From NCBI GenBank assembly GCA_045635745.1, contig JAZTWG010000053.1, forward strand, positions 8,883 to 72,882: DNA of 64,000 bases. Direction: 5' to 3'. The stretch comes from Victivallaceae bacterium. Its GTDB lineage: Bacteria > Verrucomicrobiota > Lentisphaeria > Victivallales > Victivallaceae. The translations under genes were made by a program, and so were the position numbers. Shown piece by piece: positions 18,666-28,423 of this stretch; within the stretch, counting starts at the first letter, position 1; each line of letters opens with the position of its first letter. The notes under the pieces were generated by a model, which did no database searches, was not told the origin of the DNA, and worked only from the letters and a program-made list of their open reading frames with translations.

Positions 18666-21323
18666 ATGAGTGAAATTGAACATCACGATTTTCCGATCAA
18701 TATCGAAGACATCATGCATACTGCCTATCTGCAGTATTCTTTGAGTGTCAACGTCGGCCGCGCCATTCCCGATGTGCGCGACGGGCTTAAGCCCGTAAAC
18801 CGGCGAATTCTTTACGCTATGAAAAAACTTGGTCTCACCAAGTCTCACGGCTATACCAAAAGCGCCAAGGTAGTCGGTGAAGTGATCGGTAACTATCACC
18901 CCCACGGCGACAGTTCTGTTTACGATGCCATGGTGCGTCTGGCGCAGCCGTTTTCGCTGCGTATGTGCATGGTCGATGGCCACGGTAACTTCGGCAGTAT
19001 CGACGGCGACCCCGCGGCTGCCTACCGTTACACCGAGTGCCGTCTGGAACGTCTGGCCGAAGAAATGCTCGTGGATCTGGAAAAAGATACTGTGGATATG
19101 ATGCCCACCTTTGACGAATCCAATGTGGAGCCCACCGTACTGCCTGCCCGTTTCCCCCAGCTGTTGGTCAATGGCACCACCGGTATCGGGGTGGGTATGG
19201 CTACGAGCATTCCCACTCACAACTTGGCCGAAGTTATCAATGCCACGGTTGCGTTGCTGGATAATCCCAAAGCTTCCATCGAAGAACTTATGCGCCATCT
19301 GCCCGGGCCGGACTTCCCGACCGGAGCGATCATCCGCGGTATCTCTTCGATCCGCCAGTTCTATCAGACCGGTCGCGGTTCGATCAAGATGCGTGCCCGT
19401 GCCGAAATTATTGAAGATAACGGCAAAGAGCAGATCCTGATCACCGAAATACCCTATGCGGTCAACAAGGCCACTTTGATCGAAAGTATGGCCAATCTGG
19501 TTCGCGATAAAAAAGTGCAGGGCATTACCGGTCTGCGCGACGAATCCAGTATGAAAGCCGGGGTGCGTATCGTTGTGGATGTCAAACGTGGAGTCATGGC
19601 CAGCGTGATCCTTAATCAGCTTTTTGCCCACACCCAGCTGGAAACGACTTTCCCCTGCACCATGCTGGTGGTCGATCACAACCGCCCGCGGGTGATGAAT
19701 CTGGCACAGGTATTGCAGGCATATCTCGATCACCGCATGGAAGTGCTTATCCGAAAAACCAAGTTCGATTTGGGCAAAGCGCAGGCCCGCGCTCACATTG
19801 TGGAAGGCTTTCTCAAGGCGCTGGATATTATCGACGAAGTTGTCAATACCATCCGTGAAAGCAAGACCAAGCCCGATGCCAACGAAGCTTTGCAGAGCAA
19901 ATTCGGTTTCTCCGAACTGCAGGCGGCGGCGATTCTGGAAATGCGTCTGCATCAACTTACCGGACTGGCGCGTGAAGAGCTGGATGCGGAATTTGCCGAG
20001 CTTTGTGCCAATATCAAATATTTCAACGAATTGCTTGCCAGCCGCGAAATGCGTTTGGGCGTGATTCGCGCCGATTTGATCGAAGTTCGCGATAAATACG
20101 CCGATCCGCGCCGCACCGAGATCACTACCGCCGATGGTGATTTGAATATTGCCGACCTTATTGAGCGGCACAGTTGCGTTATTACGGTTTCCAACACCGG
20201 TTATATCAAGCGGGTGCCGGCGGCGACTTATCAGACCCAGCATCGCGGCGGCAAAGGTATTATTGCCATGAAGACAAAAGAAGAGGATTATGTGGAACAC
20301 CTCTTCAATGCCGACAGCCACGATCTGATCTTCTTCTTTACCGACCGCGGTTTCATGTACTGGCTGAATGTGTACGAAATCCCCGAAGCCTCGCGCAGTT
20401 CCAACGGCAAAGCCATTGTGAACATGATCAAGATCGAACCGGGCGAAAAGATCCGTGCCATGCTTACGGTCAAGCCGGAAGAGTTGAGTGAAGAAAACAA
20501 ATTCATGCTCATGTGTACACGCCGCGGCTTTATCAAAAAGATGCCGCTCAATCTCTTCAAAAATTTGCGACGTGTCGGTTTGCGCGCGCTGGTCATTGAA
20601 GATGATGACGACCTTATCAGCGCTTCGATCTGTGAAAATGGCAACGAAGTGCTGCTTTCCACTGCCAATGGTATGGCGTGCCGCTTTACGTTGAGTGATG
20701 AAGAACTCCGGCCCATGGGCAGAACCGCCCGCGGTGTAACGGGTATGCGGTTCAAGATCGAAGGCGATTATCTGGTGGCGATGACGGTTGTCCGCGAAAA
20801 GCTGGACGATGAAGAAGTGCTGGATGAAGATGCCGAAGTTGTGGAAGTCGAAAGCGCCGATGATGGCGAAATCATCGAAAATGCTTCCGGTCCGCAGGTG
20901 CTGGTAGTTTCCGATGGCGGTATGGGTAAGCGTTCGCTGGTCTCCACCTATCGCAAGACCCGTCGCGGTGCCAAGGGGGTGGTCAGCATCAAACTGCGTG
21001 AAAACGAAAAGGTGGTCAATACCATTCAAATCCAGAATGGCGATGAACTTCTGATCACTACCGAACGCGGTCAGCTCACTCGTATTCCGCTCGATGAGAT
21101 CCGTACCGTCGGCCGTGCCAGCAAAGGGGTCAAGATCATGAACCTCAACGATGGCGACCGGATCACGGGAGCCGTTGCTTTGATCGAAGTCAAAGGCGAA
21201 GAAAAAGCCGAAGATGCCGAAGTGACGGAAGCTGTTACTGCTGAAACAAACACAAATGACGGAATTGTGACGGATTCTCCCACCGGAGTGACGGGTGAAG
21301 ACGATACAACTTCCGAGGCATAA
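18666..21323 (+). CDS. gyrA: DNA gyrase subunit A
   Basis: YLQYSLSVNVGRAIPDVRDGLKPVNRRILYAM, HPHGDSSVYDAMVRLAQ (QRDR) and the active-site AAYRYTE region. C-terminal beta-pinwheel repeats and an acidic tail. Confidence 0.95.
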   Translation: MSEIEHHDFPINIEDIMHTAYLQYSLSVNVGRAIPDVRDGLKPVNRRILYAMKKLGLTKSHGYTKSAKVVGEVIGNYHPHGDSSVYDAMVRLAQPFSLRMCMVDGHGNFGSIDGDPAAAYRYTECRLERLAEEMLVDLEKDTVDMMPTFDESNVEPTVLPARFPQLLVNGTTGIGVGMATSIPTHNLAEVINATVALLDNPKASIEELMRHLPGPDFPTGAIIRGISSIRQFYQTGRGSIKMRARAEIIEDNGKEQILITEIPYAVNKATLIESMANLVRDKKVQGITGLRDESSMKAGVRIVVDVKRGVMASVILNQLFAHTQLETTFPCTMLVVDHNRPRVMNLAQVLQAYLDHRMEVLIRKTKFDLGKAQARAHIVEGFLKALDIIDEVVNTIRESKTKPDANEALQSKFGFSELQAAAILEMRLHQLTGLAREELDAEFAELCANIKYFNELLASREMRLGVIRADLIEVRDKYADPRRTEITTADGDLNIADLIERHSCVITVSNTGYIKRVPAATYQTQHRGGKGIIAMKTKEEDYVEHLFNADSHDLIFFFTDRGFMYWLNVYEIPEASRSSNGKAIVNMIKIEPGEKIRAMLTVKPEELSEENKFMLMCTRRGFIKKMPLNLFKNLRRVGLRALVIEDDDDLISASICENGNEVLLSTANGMACRFTLSDEELRPMGRTARGVTGMRFKIEGDYLVAMTVVREKLDDEEVLDEDAEVVEVESADDGEIIENASGPQVLVVSDGGMGKRSLVSTYRKTRRGAKGVVSIKLRENEKVVNTIQIQNGDELLITTERGQLTRIPLDEIRTVGRASKGVKIMNLNDGDRITGAVALIEVKGEEKAEDAEVTEAVTAETNTNDGIVTDSPTGVTGEDDTTSEA

Positions 21324-21326
21324 AAA

Positions 21327-22187
21327 ATGACAGAGCAGGGCGTTTTTTCGTGGCAGGAGCTGTTGGCTCCGCTGATGGGTAAACGCCCGCTTGTTGCCGG
21401 AATAGTCAATGTCACGCCGGACAGTTTTTCAGACGGAAAAGGTTCTGTTGATACTGCCGAACGCGTGGCATTTGCTTTGCAGCTGTTGGATGAAGGGGCG
21501 GATTTGCTGGATATCGGAGCTGAATCCACCCGCCCCGGGGCCAGAGAAGTGCCTCCGGAAGAAGAGTGGGCGCGGCTTGAAAGCGTCTTGAAAAATATAC
21601 TTTCCCGGCGCCCCGATACGGTAATAAGCATTGATACGCGCCACAGTACAACTGCCGTCAGAGCTCTGCAGGCAGGAGCAAAGATCATCAACGATGTCAG
21701 CGGTCTGCAGTTCGATGAAAACATGGCAGGAGTCATAGCCGGATATCAAGCCGGATGTATACTCACCCATTCGGCCGGGATCCCCGAAGTAATGCAGGAA
21801 AAAGGTACTGTAATAGCTGCTGATACGCTGAAAACGGTACAGGATGGTCTGCATGGAATATTGTCGGCTGCGCTTTCTGCGGGGATAAAATCAGACCTGA
21901 TCATGCTCGATGCGGGGATCGGTTTCGGCAAAAGCTGTGCCGGAAATTATGAACTTTTGCGTAATGCCGGTTGGCTGGAAAAACACTTTGATTTACCATT
22001 TTGCTGGGGCGTATCGCGGAAAGGCCTGCTGAAATGCGAACCCGATACTATGGCAAAACGCATTGCCGGTTCGCTGGCGCTGGCGGTGAAACTTGCTGAA
22101 CAGAGGGTGTCGCTTTTGCGGGTGCACGATGTGGCAATGACCCGGGCTGCGCTTGCTGCTGCCGGAAAAATGGAAGCAGCTTTATGA
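21327..22187 (+). CDS. folP: dihydropteroate synthase
   Basis: VNVTPDSFSDG, DIGAESTRPGA, SIDT, INDVSG and GFGK motifs. Starts 3 nt after the gyrA stop. Confidence 0.9.
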   Translation: MTEQGVFSWQELLAPLMGKRPLVAGIVNVTPDSFSDGKGSVDTAERVAFALQLLDEGADLLDIGAESTRPGAREVPPEEEWARLESVLKNILSRRPDTVISIDTRHSTTAVRALQAGAKIINDVSGLQFDENMAGVIAGYQAGCILTHSAGIPEVMQEKGTVIAADTLKTVQDGLHGILSAALSAGIKSDLIMLDAGIGFGKSCAGNYELLRNAGWLEKHFDLPFCWGVSRKGLLKCEPDTMAKRIAGSLALAVKLAEQRVSLLRVHDVAMTRAALAAAGKMEAAL

Positions 22188-22612
22188 GTCTGTTTGCCCG
22201 CGCCCGTGCCAGACATTTGAAATTGGGTTGCCGCGGCGAAGCGCTGGCGGTAAAACTTTTCCGGTGCCGTAATTGTGTGATATTGGCACGCAACTGGCGC
22301 AACAGTTCCGCACATGATGGCGCCGGTGAATTGGATATTGTTCTGCTTGATGGCGAAACATTGGTTTTTGCTGAAGTCAAGACTCGGCGCAAGCTTGATA
22401 ATTATCTGCCGGGCGCCAATCTGAGCGAGAGTCAGAAAAAACGCATCCGGCGCGGGGCAAGGGCTTATTGCCGGCAGTTCAATATTGCTGAAGAGCTGGA
22501 AAAGCGTTTTGATCTTGTGGAAATTATCCATGATGGAAAACGACTGCGCGATATAGCTTTGCACGAGAATTACATGCCATTTTTCCCGTCTGAATTCTTG
22601 ACACATAATTGA
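22184..22612 (+). CDS. yraN: YraN-family (UPF0102) endonuclease-like protein
   Basis: GE..A..L......ILARNWR....GELDIV......LVFAEVKTR pattern. ATGA overlap with the folP stop. Confidence 0.8.
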   Translation: MSLFARARARHLKLGCRGEALAVKLFRCRNCVILARNWRNSSAHDGAGELDIVLLDGETLVFAEVKTRRKLDNYLPGANLSESQKKRIRRGARAYCRQFNIAEELEKRFDLVEIIHDGKRLRDIALHENYMPFFPSEFLTHN

Positions 22613-22625
22613 TCGATGTTATATT
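22598..22625 (+). promoter_or_regulatory. putative sigma70-type promoter (TTGACA-16-TATATT) of the riboswitch-led operon
   Basis: -35 TTGACA at 22598..22603 (inside the yraN 3' end), 16-nt spacer, -10 TATATT at 22620..22625. Same architecture as the ferredoxin promoter. Confidence 0.45.
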
Positions 22626-22681
22626 AATGTTATAAGGCAGTATTGAACGCCCGCTTACGGGGAGTATTGCCAATAAAATAT

Positions 22682-22794
22682 TATCCGGACAACAGGTGAA
22701 TCCAGTGAAAATCTGGAACTGTCGTGCAACCGTGAGCTGTTGAAAAAGGATTTATAGCTTTTTCTGAAACAGCGAGCCGGATCCCTGCCGGATA
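22682..22794 (+). promoter_or_regulatory. candidate cobalamin (B12) riboswitch aptamer, compact form
   Basis: Closing helix TATCCGG (22682..22688) pairs with CCGGATA (22788..22794). Core AGTGAAAATCTGGAACTGTCGTGCAACCGTGAGC (22704..22737) resembles the conserved GGTGAnAATCC...GC.G..CCCGCaACnGTaAG core. GAGCCGGATCCCTGCC (22774..22789) resembles the B12 box AGYCMGGAGACCKGCC. Inner helix CAACAG/CTGTTG. Downstream genes encode a BtuFCD-type importer. Matched by eye against remembered consensus and the btuB and Thermoanaerobacter examples. No covariance model was run. Confidence 0.65.
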
Positions 22795-22831
22795 CAATTG
22801 TGCACGTAACACAAAAGGAAACATTCTTACG

Positions 22832-23656
22832 ATGAAGACTTTGCAGAAAGTCTGTCGGGGGACGCTACTGCTGTCCCGGAAGAAGGGGTTCACGCTTATT
22901 GAACTCCTGGTTGTAATTGCGATCATTGCAATTTTAGCGGCGATGCTGCTGCCGGCACTCGCTGCCGCCAGAGCTGCGGGATGGAGTGCCGCTTGTACGA
23001 GCAATCTCAAGCAGCTCGGGTTGGCAAACATACTTTACAGCGAAGCATATAATGGCTTGCTGGTGCCGTATGCTGTGGATATGAATGACGCAAACAAGAT
23101 GCGTTGGCATGGCTTAAGCGAAAAATCAAGTAATTATGGGGATGCGGCGGATTACGATCCGGCTAAAGGGCCGCTGGCAGAGTATCTGGGCGGTACCGGA
23201 CTGGTAAATCATTGTCAGGCATTGCTTGTAGATAAAAAAGATCAGGGGTTTGAGCGCGGCTGCGGCGGTTACGGGATCAATACACTTATCGGTAAACTTC
23301 GTCCGGATGGCTGGGATAGGGCTGATTATGCTGCCGGTTTTCCACTGCATAAGATAGATGATCCGGTAAAAACGATAATGTTTGCCGATTCGGCAATTAC
23401 TGTACAAAGCAGCGGAAATGCTGGCGATGGACATTACGGTTACAGTTCAAGCGTGGAACCGCCAGATCCGTATATGCCGATGCCAACAATGCATTTCAGG
23501 CATAACAACTTGGCTAACAGTGTGTTGTGTGATGGGCATGTGGAAGGTTTGCCGATGATCGAAAGTGGCGATGATAAATATAAGGAACTGTTTTTGGGGT
23601 ATCCGTGCACAAAAGATGATGATGGCAGGTATGAGCGGTTTCATCCGCAATATTAA
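22832..23656 (+). CDS. prepilin-type N-terminal cleavage/methylation protein with C-terminal H-X9-DG motif (DUF1559-like pseudopilin-like protein)
   Basis: Leader [19 protein letters not shown]|[24 protein letters not shown] (canonical G/F site and Glu+5). C-terminal [18 protein letters not shown] equals H-X9-DG. Confidence 0.85.
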   Translation: MKTLQKVCRGTLLLSRKKGFTLIELLVVIAIIAILAAMLLPALAAARAAGWSAACTSNLKQLGLANILYSEAYNGLLVPYAVDMNDANKMRWHGLSEKSSNYGDAADYDPAKGPLAEYLGGTGLVNHCQALLVDKKDQGFERGCGGYGINTLIGKLRPDGWDRADYAAGFPLHKIDDPVKTIMFADSAITVQSSGNAGDGHYGYSSSVEPPDPYMPMPTMHFRHNNLANSVLCDGHVEGLPMIESGDDKYKELFLGYPCTKDDDGRYERFHPQY

Positions 23657-23681
23657 GCAGTTAAGAGAACATTTCAGTAAT

Positions 23682-24521
23682 ATGCAAGAGAGTAAAATGA
23701 TTTTCCACAATATAACTCGATATGTTGATGCCAAAACTTTCTTTGGCGCAGAAAATCTTTTTACTCTGATCGAGCTTTTGCTGGTGATTGCCATTATTGC
23801 CATACTTGCGGCGATGCTGCTGCCGGCGTTGGCTTCGGCGCGGGCTTCGGCATGGAGTGCAAACTGCACGAGCAACCTTAAACAGCTTGGTTACGCCAAT
23901 ATCATGTATGCCGACAACAATCGCGGCCTGCTTGTGCCTTACGCTGTGGATATGAATACGACCAACACCCACCGCTGGCACGGCACCAGCGGGAGCTCCA
24001 GCAGCAGCGGCAGCGCCGGATATAATTACAGCAAAGGTCCGCTGGCAGAATATCTGGGCGAAAGCGGAACCGTCAACCATTGTCAGGCATTGATCGTGCC
24101 GGATGATTTCAACGGCTTTGAAAAGGGCTGCGGCGGCTACGGGATCAATTCACTTATCGGCATGATAAAGCCAGATTTATGGGACTTTTCGGCGGGATTT
24201 CCACTGCACAGTGTGGATGACCCCGCCAATACCATTATGTTTGCCGATTCGGCGGCGCCTTGCCGGAAAGATGGCAACTGGGCTGATTTGAGCAGTATGG
24301 ATTTTATCGGATACAGTTCAAGTGTGGAAGCTCCGGCATCATATATGGCGCCCACCATGCATTTCCGCCACAACCGGAAAGCCAATGCCGTATTTTGCGA
24401 TGGCCATGTGGATTCGATGAGTATGGGCAACTCCAACAGCGGACACGAAAAAGAGCTGCTTGCTTTTCCCTGTAAAGATAATGAAGAAGATAAAAACAAA
24501 TACTTTCATCCGTTAAAGTAA
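23682..24521 (+). CDS. prepilin-like H-X9-DG protein, tandem paralog of the preceding gene
   Basis: ...[31 protein letters not shown] and [18 protein letters not shown]. By eye roughly half of positions are identical to the upstream paralog. Start ATG 23682 (or 23697); the track start at 23565 would overlap the upstream gene and is rejected. Confidence 0.8.
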   Translation: MQESKMIFHNITRYVDAKTFFGAENLFTLIELLLVIAIIAILAAMLLPALASARASAWSANCTSNLKQLGYANIMYADNNRGLLVPYAVDMNTTNTHRWHGTSGSSSSSGSAGYNYSKGPLAEYLGESGTVNHCQALIVPDDFNGFEKGCGGYGINSLIGMIKPDLWDFSAGFPLHSVDDPANTIMFADSAAPCRKDGNWADLSSMDFIGYSSSVEAPASYMAPTMHFRHNRKANAVFCDGHVDSMSMGNSNSGHEKELLAFPCKDNEEDKNKYFHPLK

Positions 24522-25340
24522 ATGAAAATTTTCTGTAAAATATTTATAGCTCTGCTGGCCGGTTTTTCAGCAAATTTGTTTTCCGGCGAGCTGAAAGTTG
24601 TGTCGCTGTCTCCGGCTCTGACCGAAATGATCTGTTATCTGGGCGGCGAAAAATACCTCGTCGGCAGATGTTCGGCATGCGATTACCCGGCAAGGGTCAA
24701 GGCGCTGCCGGTGGCGGGAAAATTCGGGATGCCTGAAATCGAAAAAATCGCTGCCATGAAACCCGACTGGGTGATTGGCAATTCTTTTGCCAATACTTCA
24801 GCGGTAAAAAAACTCCGGCAGCTGGGGATCGAAACTGATCTGGCTCAAATCTCCACTCCGGAAGATTATATTTACTGGCTGCAGCTTATCGGCAAAAAAT
24901 TAAATCTGGAAACACAGGCTCAAGCCGCCGGAAAGGCGTTCCGGGAAGATGAAAAATTTTTGCAAACGCTTGAACCGTTGAAACTTAAAGTGCTGTGGGT
25001 GGTCAATGCCAAGCCGTTGATCGTCTGTTCCCTGGGAAGTCTGCCCGACAGAGTACTGAAAATGATCAAGGTCGGAAATGCCGCCGGCAGTGTAAATAAA
25101 GAGTATTTCCGCTGCTCGGCAGAGTGGCTGGCAAAAGCCGAAATCGATCTGATAATCTGGAGCGTGCCCGGCACTCCGCAGAAAAGCGGCGGATTTCTGA
25201 AAAAAATATCGGCAGTAAAAAATGGCCGGGTCATTCTGTTGGAAATGGATGACCCCATTTGCCGCCCGGGCCCCCGCTTTATGCCGGCGGTCAGGCAATT
25301 ACGCGAAAAAGTTGAACTTTTTTATAAGGCAAAAAAATGA
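24522..25340 (+). CDS. btuF: BtuF-like periplasmic cobalamin/siderophore-family substrate-binding protein
   Basis: LKVVSLSPALTEMICYLGGEKYLVGRCSACDYP...EKIAAMKPDWVIG closely parallels the BtuF N-lobe (..SPANTE...S.YSDYP...E.IVALKPDLVI). Signal peptide present. The ATG immediately follows the stop of the upstream gene. Confidence 0.8.
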   Translation: MKIFCKIFIALLAGFSANLFSGELKVVSLSPALTEMICYLGGEKYLVGRCSACDYPARVKALPVAGKFGMPEIEKIAAMKPDWVIGNSFANTSAVKKLRQLGIETDLAQISTPEDYIYWLQLIGKKLNLETQAQAAGKAFREDEKFLQTLEPLKLKVLWVVNAKPLIVCSLGSLPDRVLKMIKVGNAAGSVNKEYFRCSAEWLAKAEIDLIIWSVPGTPQKSGGFLKKISAVKNGRVILLEMDDPICRPGPRFMPAVRQLREKVELFYKAKK

Positions 25341-26287
25341 AACGCTCTCTGTTGTACGAAATCATTCTGCCATTGACCGCTTTGCTGGCAACGGCACTCT
25401 TGAGCCTGATTTGCGGTAAAGCGCAGATCAACTGGCAGGATTTTATGCACGACCCGGTTTTTGAACTGCGCGTGGTTCGGGTGCTGGGAGCGGTGGTTAT
25501 TGGTGCTTCGCTGGCTTTGTCGGGCATGGTGCTGCAGGCGGTGCTGCGTAATGTGCTGGCAGAACCCTTTACGCTGGGTATTTCCGGCGGTGCGGGCGTG
25601 GGGGCGGCATTGGCGATCGTATTCGATTTGCAGTTATTGTGGTTTCTGGCGGTGCCGGCAATGGCGTGGGCCGGAGCGCTGCTTACGCTGATATTGGTAT
25701 TGCTGACTGCCGGTAACCGGAGTGCGGAAAATCTGCTGTTGAGCGGGGTGATTTGCGGTACTGCGGCTTCGGGGGTATTGATGTATATTGTAAGTATTGC
25801 CAATAAAGAGGATCTGGCATCCATATCGTGGTGGATGCTTGGCGATCTGCAGAGTATGGATGCGACACTGTTGGGTTATTGCGGAAGTTTTACTTTTGTT
25901 CTGCTGGTGATTTTCCGGTTGTTTGCGCGCGAACTCAATGCTCTCTCGCTGGGCGGCGAAATGGCCTGGAGCATGGGGGTGAATATAAAGTTTTTCACTT
26001 ATTTATTTATTATAACAGCAAGTTTGCTGGCCGCTCAAACTGTGGCTTTGGCCGGGATAACCGCCTTTGCCGGTTTGATCGTACCGCATCTGGTACGGAT
26101 GTGTTACGGCAGCGACCATCAGCGCACGGTGATACCCACGGCGTTGTGGGGGGGCGTTTTTTTAACGGTATGCGACTGGCTTTCGCGCATTGTGCATCCG
26201 GTGCATGAGCTGCCGATCGGAGTGCTGACTGCTGCGATCGGCGGAGCGCTGTTTATATACATACTCAACCGGAGAAAAATATCATGA
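25337..26287 (+). CDS. btuC: FecCD-family ABC permease (BtuC-like)
   Basis: About 9-10 hydrophobic segments, LAEPFTLGISGGAGVGAAL, and a C-terminal IGVLTAAIGGALFIYIL pattern of the FecCD family. ATGA overlap with btuF. Confidence 0.85.
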   Translation: MKRSLLYEIILPLTALLATALLSLICGKAQINWQDFMHDPVFELRVVRVLGAVVIGASLALSGMVLQAVLRNVLAEPFTLGISGGAGVGAALAIVFDLQLLWFLAVPAMAWAGALLTLILVLLTAGNRSAENLLLSGVICGTAASGVLMYIVSIANKEDLASISWWMLGDLQSMDATLLGYCGSFTFVLLVIFRLFARELNALSLGGEMAWSMGVNIKFFTYLFIITASLLAAQTVALAGITAFAGLIVPHLVRMCYGSDHQRTVIPTALWGGVFLTVCDWLSRIVHPVHELPIGVLTAAIGGALFIYILNRRKIS

Positions 26288-27045
26288 AAATAACTCTGGA
26301 TAAACTTTCTGCCGGTTATAATGGGAAAAGGCTCTTTTCGGATATTTCTGCCGAGTTACAGCCCGGAAAACCGCATTTTCTGGCGGGCCCCAACGGTGGT
26401 GGAAAAAGTACGCTGCTCAAACTTATGTGCAACTATCTGCAGCCGGTTTCCGGAACAGTTCTTTTAGATGACAAACCCATAGGTAAATACTCTTTTGCCG
26501 AACGTGCGCGCCGCTTGGGCGTGGTTTGGCAGTCGGTCAGACCCGGGTTGGATTTCAGCGTGCTGGATATGGCGGCGGTTATTGCTTCGGCCCGATTCCC
26601 GCGTCTGGGGAAACTTCCGGCGGGCGATAAAGAGCTTATTTATTCAAGTCTGGAGCGCTTCGGATTGCTGGATAAGGCTCAACACCTTTTCAGCACACTT
26701 TCCGGCGGCGAAGCGCAACGGCTGCTGCTGGCAGGCATGATGGTGCTGGCACCGGATGTAATGCTGCTGGATGAACCGACTTCGGCGCTGGATCCGGCAT
26801 GGCGGAACCGGGTATTTGAGTTTCTGGAAGAATACGCATGCGATCATACAGTATTGATCGTTACGCATGATCTGGAACTTATCGGCCGTGCCGGCGGAAC
26901 GCTGTGGCTGCTGGATGATGGTGGTAATTTTATCAGCGGGCAGGCAGAAGATCTTTTGAACGGAGAAACTTTAAGCCGCGTTTATGCCAGCAAAGCTTCT
27001 GTAATAAAAACTCCCGGCAATCCGACAAGGATTTATTTTGATTGA
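26284..27045 (+). CDS. btuD: ABC transporter ATP-binding protein (BtuD/FepC-like)
   Basis: Walker A GPNGGGKSTLLK, signature LSGGEAQR, Walker B VMLLDEPTSALD. ATGA overlap with btuC. Confidence 0.85.
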   Translation: MKITLDKLSAGYNGKRLFSDISAELQPGKPHFLAGPNGGGKSTLLKLMCNYLQPVSGTVLLDDKPIGKYSFAERARRLGVVWQSVRPGLDFSVLDMAAVIASARFPRLGKLPAGDKELIYSSLERFGLLDKAQHLFSTLSGGEAQRLLLAGMMVLAPDVMLLDEPTSALDPAWRNRVFEFLEEYACDHTVLIVTHDLELIGRAGGTLWLLDDGGNFISGQAEDLLNGETLSRVYASKASVIKTPGNPTRIYFD

Positions 27046-27064
27046 AAGAGTTTCCCGGAACTCT

Positions 27065-28423
27065 TCACTTGCCGATGCAGAAACGCGAAAATATTTCGTC
27101 CAGCAGATCCGGCTCCACCGTTTCGCCCACGATCTTGCCGACTTCCACCAATGCCAGTCGCAAATTGGCCGAGGCCAGTTCCCAGTTGCCGGCGGTGATT
27201 TCGTTTTCAGCCGGTTCAAGCATGCTTTCAGCGGTTTGCAACAAAGCCAGATGGCGGGCATTTACCGCTGCGGGCGTGTCGGCACCGTTGCCATCGCCCT
27301 GCCAGACAGTTTGTTCAAAAATATCCAGCAAAGCATCGAGATTTTTTCCGGTTTGAGCCGAAATTTTTACCGTTTTAACTTCCGCTATTTCCGGCAGAAC
27401 TCTTTCCGGTGCCAGATCCAGCTTGTTCCAGACGGCAATGGTCTGTTGGAAATTGCCGGAGAGATTCTGTTTGAATTCCGCTGCTTCCAGCTCAAGATCT
27501 TCTGCCGAGGCATCCAGCAGATAAAATACGATTTGCGACTGCTTGATCGCTGCTTTGGCCCGTTCGATCCCCAAAGCTTCGATTTCGTCATCGGAGTCGC
27601 GCAAGCCGGCGGTATCGGTTATTTCCACAGGTATATTGCGTAAAACGGCACTTTCCGCCAGTGTGTCGCGGGTGGTTCCGGGTATGGCACTTACGATCGC
27701 GCGGTCAATGCCCAGCAGGGCGTTGAGCAGACTGGATTTGCCTGCATTGGGTTTACCGGCAAGTGTTATGCGCACGCCCTGCCGCAAAACCGCTCCGGCA
27801 TGGGCCGAGGCAATCAAATGCTGCAGCGAACTCCGGGCGGAGGAGAGTTTTTCCAGCAATATGGAGTTGTCGTCAAAGTCCAGTTCCTCGTCGGGAAAAT
27901 CCAGCCTTGATTCACAATCCGATGCCAGCAAAAGCAGTTGTTCGCGTATATCGTTTACGGTGTTGGAAAGCGACCCTTCCAACTGCCGCAGCGCCAGATT
28001 GAGTGTGGCATCGCTGGAAGCTGTTATCACATCGCCCACCGCCTCGGCCTGCGCCAGATCGAGTTTGCCATTGATAAAAGCACGCATGGTGAATTCGCCG
28101 GGTTCGGCAGAACGCACATTGCTCTGACGCAAAACCGCATCCAGTGTACGGCGTATGACAGCTGCACCGCCATGGCAATGCAGTTCCACAACATCTTCTC
28201 CGGTGTAGCTGTGCGGACCGGGCATATAGACCGCCAGCGCCGGCTCTCCCGGATCTCCGATCAGACCGTAGAGCATTACACGCGCATTGCTTTTGCACAA
28301 AGATCTTCTGCCGCGCCAGACATTTTGCGCCACGCTCAAAGCGTTATCGCCGGAAATGCGCACAATATTGATCGCACCGCCGGGGGCGGTGGCAACTGCG
28401 GCAATGGTATCGACTGTATTCAT
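27065..28423 (-). CDS. mnmE: tRNA modification GTPase MnmE (TrmE)
   Basis: [22 protein letters not shown]-domain [14 protein letters not shown]...DTAGLR, and the C-terminal FCIGK motif. ATG at 28423. Confidence 0.9.
   Translation of the reverse strand: MNTVDTIAAVATAPGGAINIVRISGDNALSVAQNVWRGRRSLCKSNARVMLYGLIGDPGEPALAVYMPGPHSYTGEDVVELHCHGGAAVIRRTLDAVLRQSNVRSAEPGEFTMRAFINGKLDLAQAEAVGDVITASSDATLNLALRQLEGSLSNTVNDIREQLLLLASDCESRLDFPDEELDFDDNSILLEKLSSARSSLQHLIASAHAGAVLRQGVRITLAGKPNAGKSSLLNALLGIDRAIVSAIPGTTRDTLAESAVLRNIPVEITDTAGLRDSDDEIEALGIERAKAAIKQSQIVFYLLDASAEDLELEAAEFKQNLSGNFQQTIAVWNKLDLAPERVLPEIAEVKTVKISAQTGKNLDALLDIFEQTVWQGDGNGADTPAAVNARHLALLQTAESMLEPAENEITAGNWELASANLRLALVEVGKIVGETVEPDLLDEIFSRFCIGK

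Noticed and set aside
18621-21029. 802-aa minus-strand ORF covering most of gyrA
   Set aside because: It is in exact codon register with gyrA on the opposite strand (both sets of triplets start at positions divisible by 3). In that register, antisense stops arise only from sense TTA, CTA and TCA codons, which this genome rarely uses. The translation is a low-complexity F/H/I/G/D/Q-rich string with no motifs, while the sense strand is an unmistakable GyrA.
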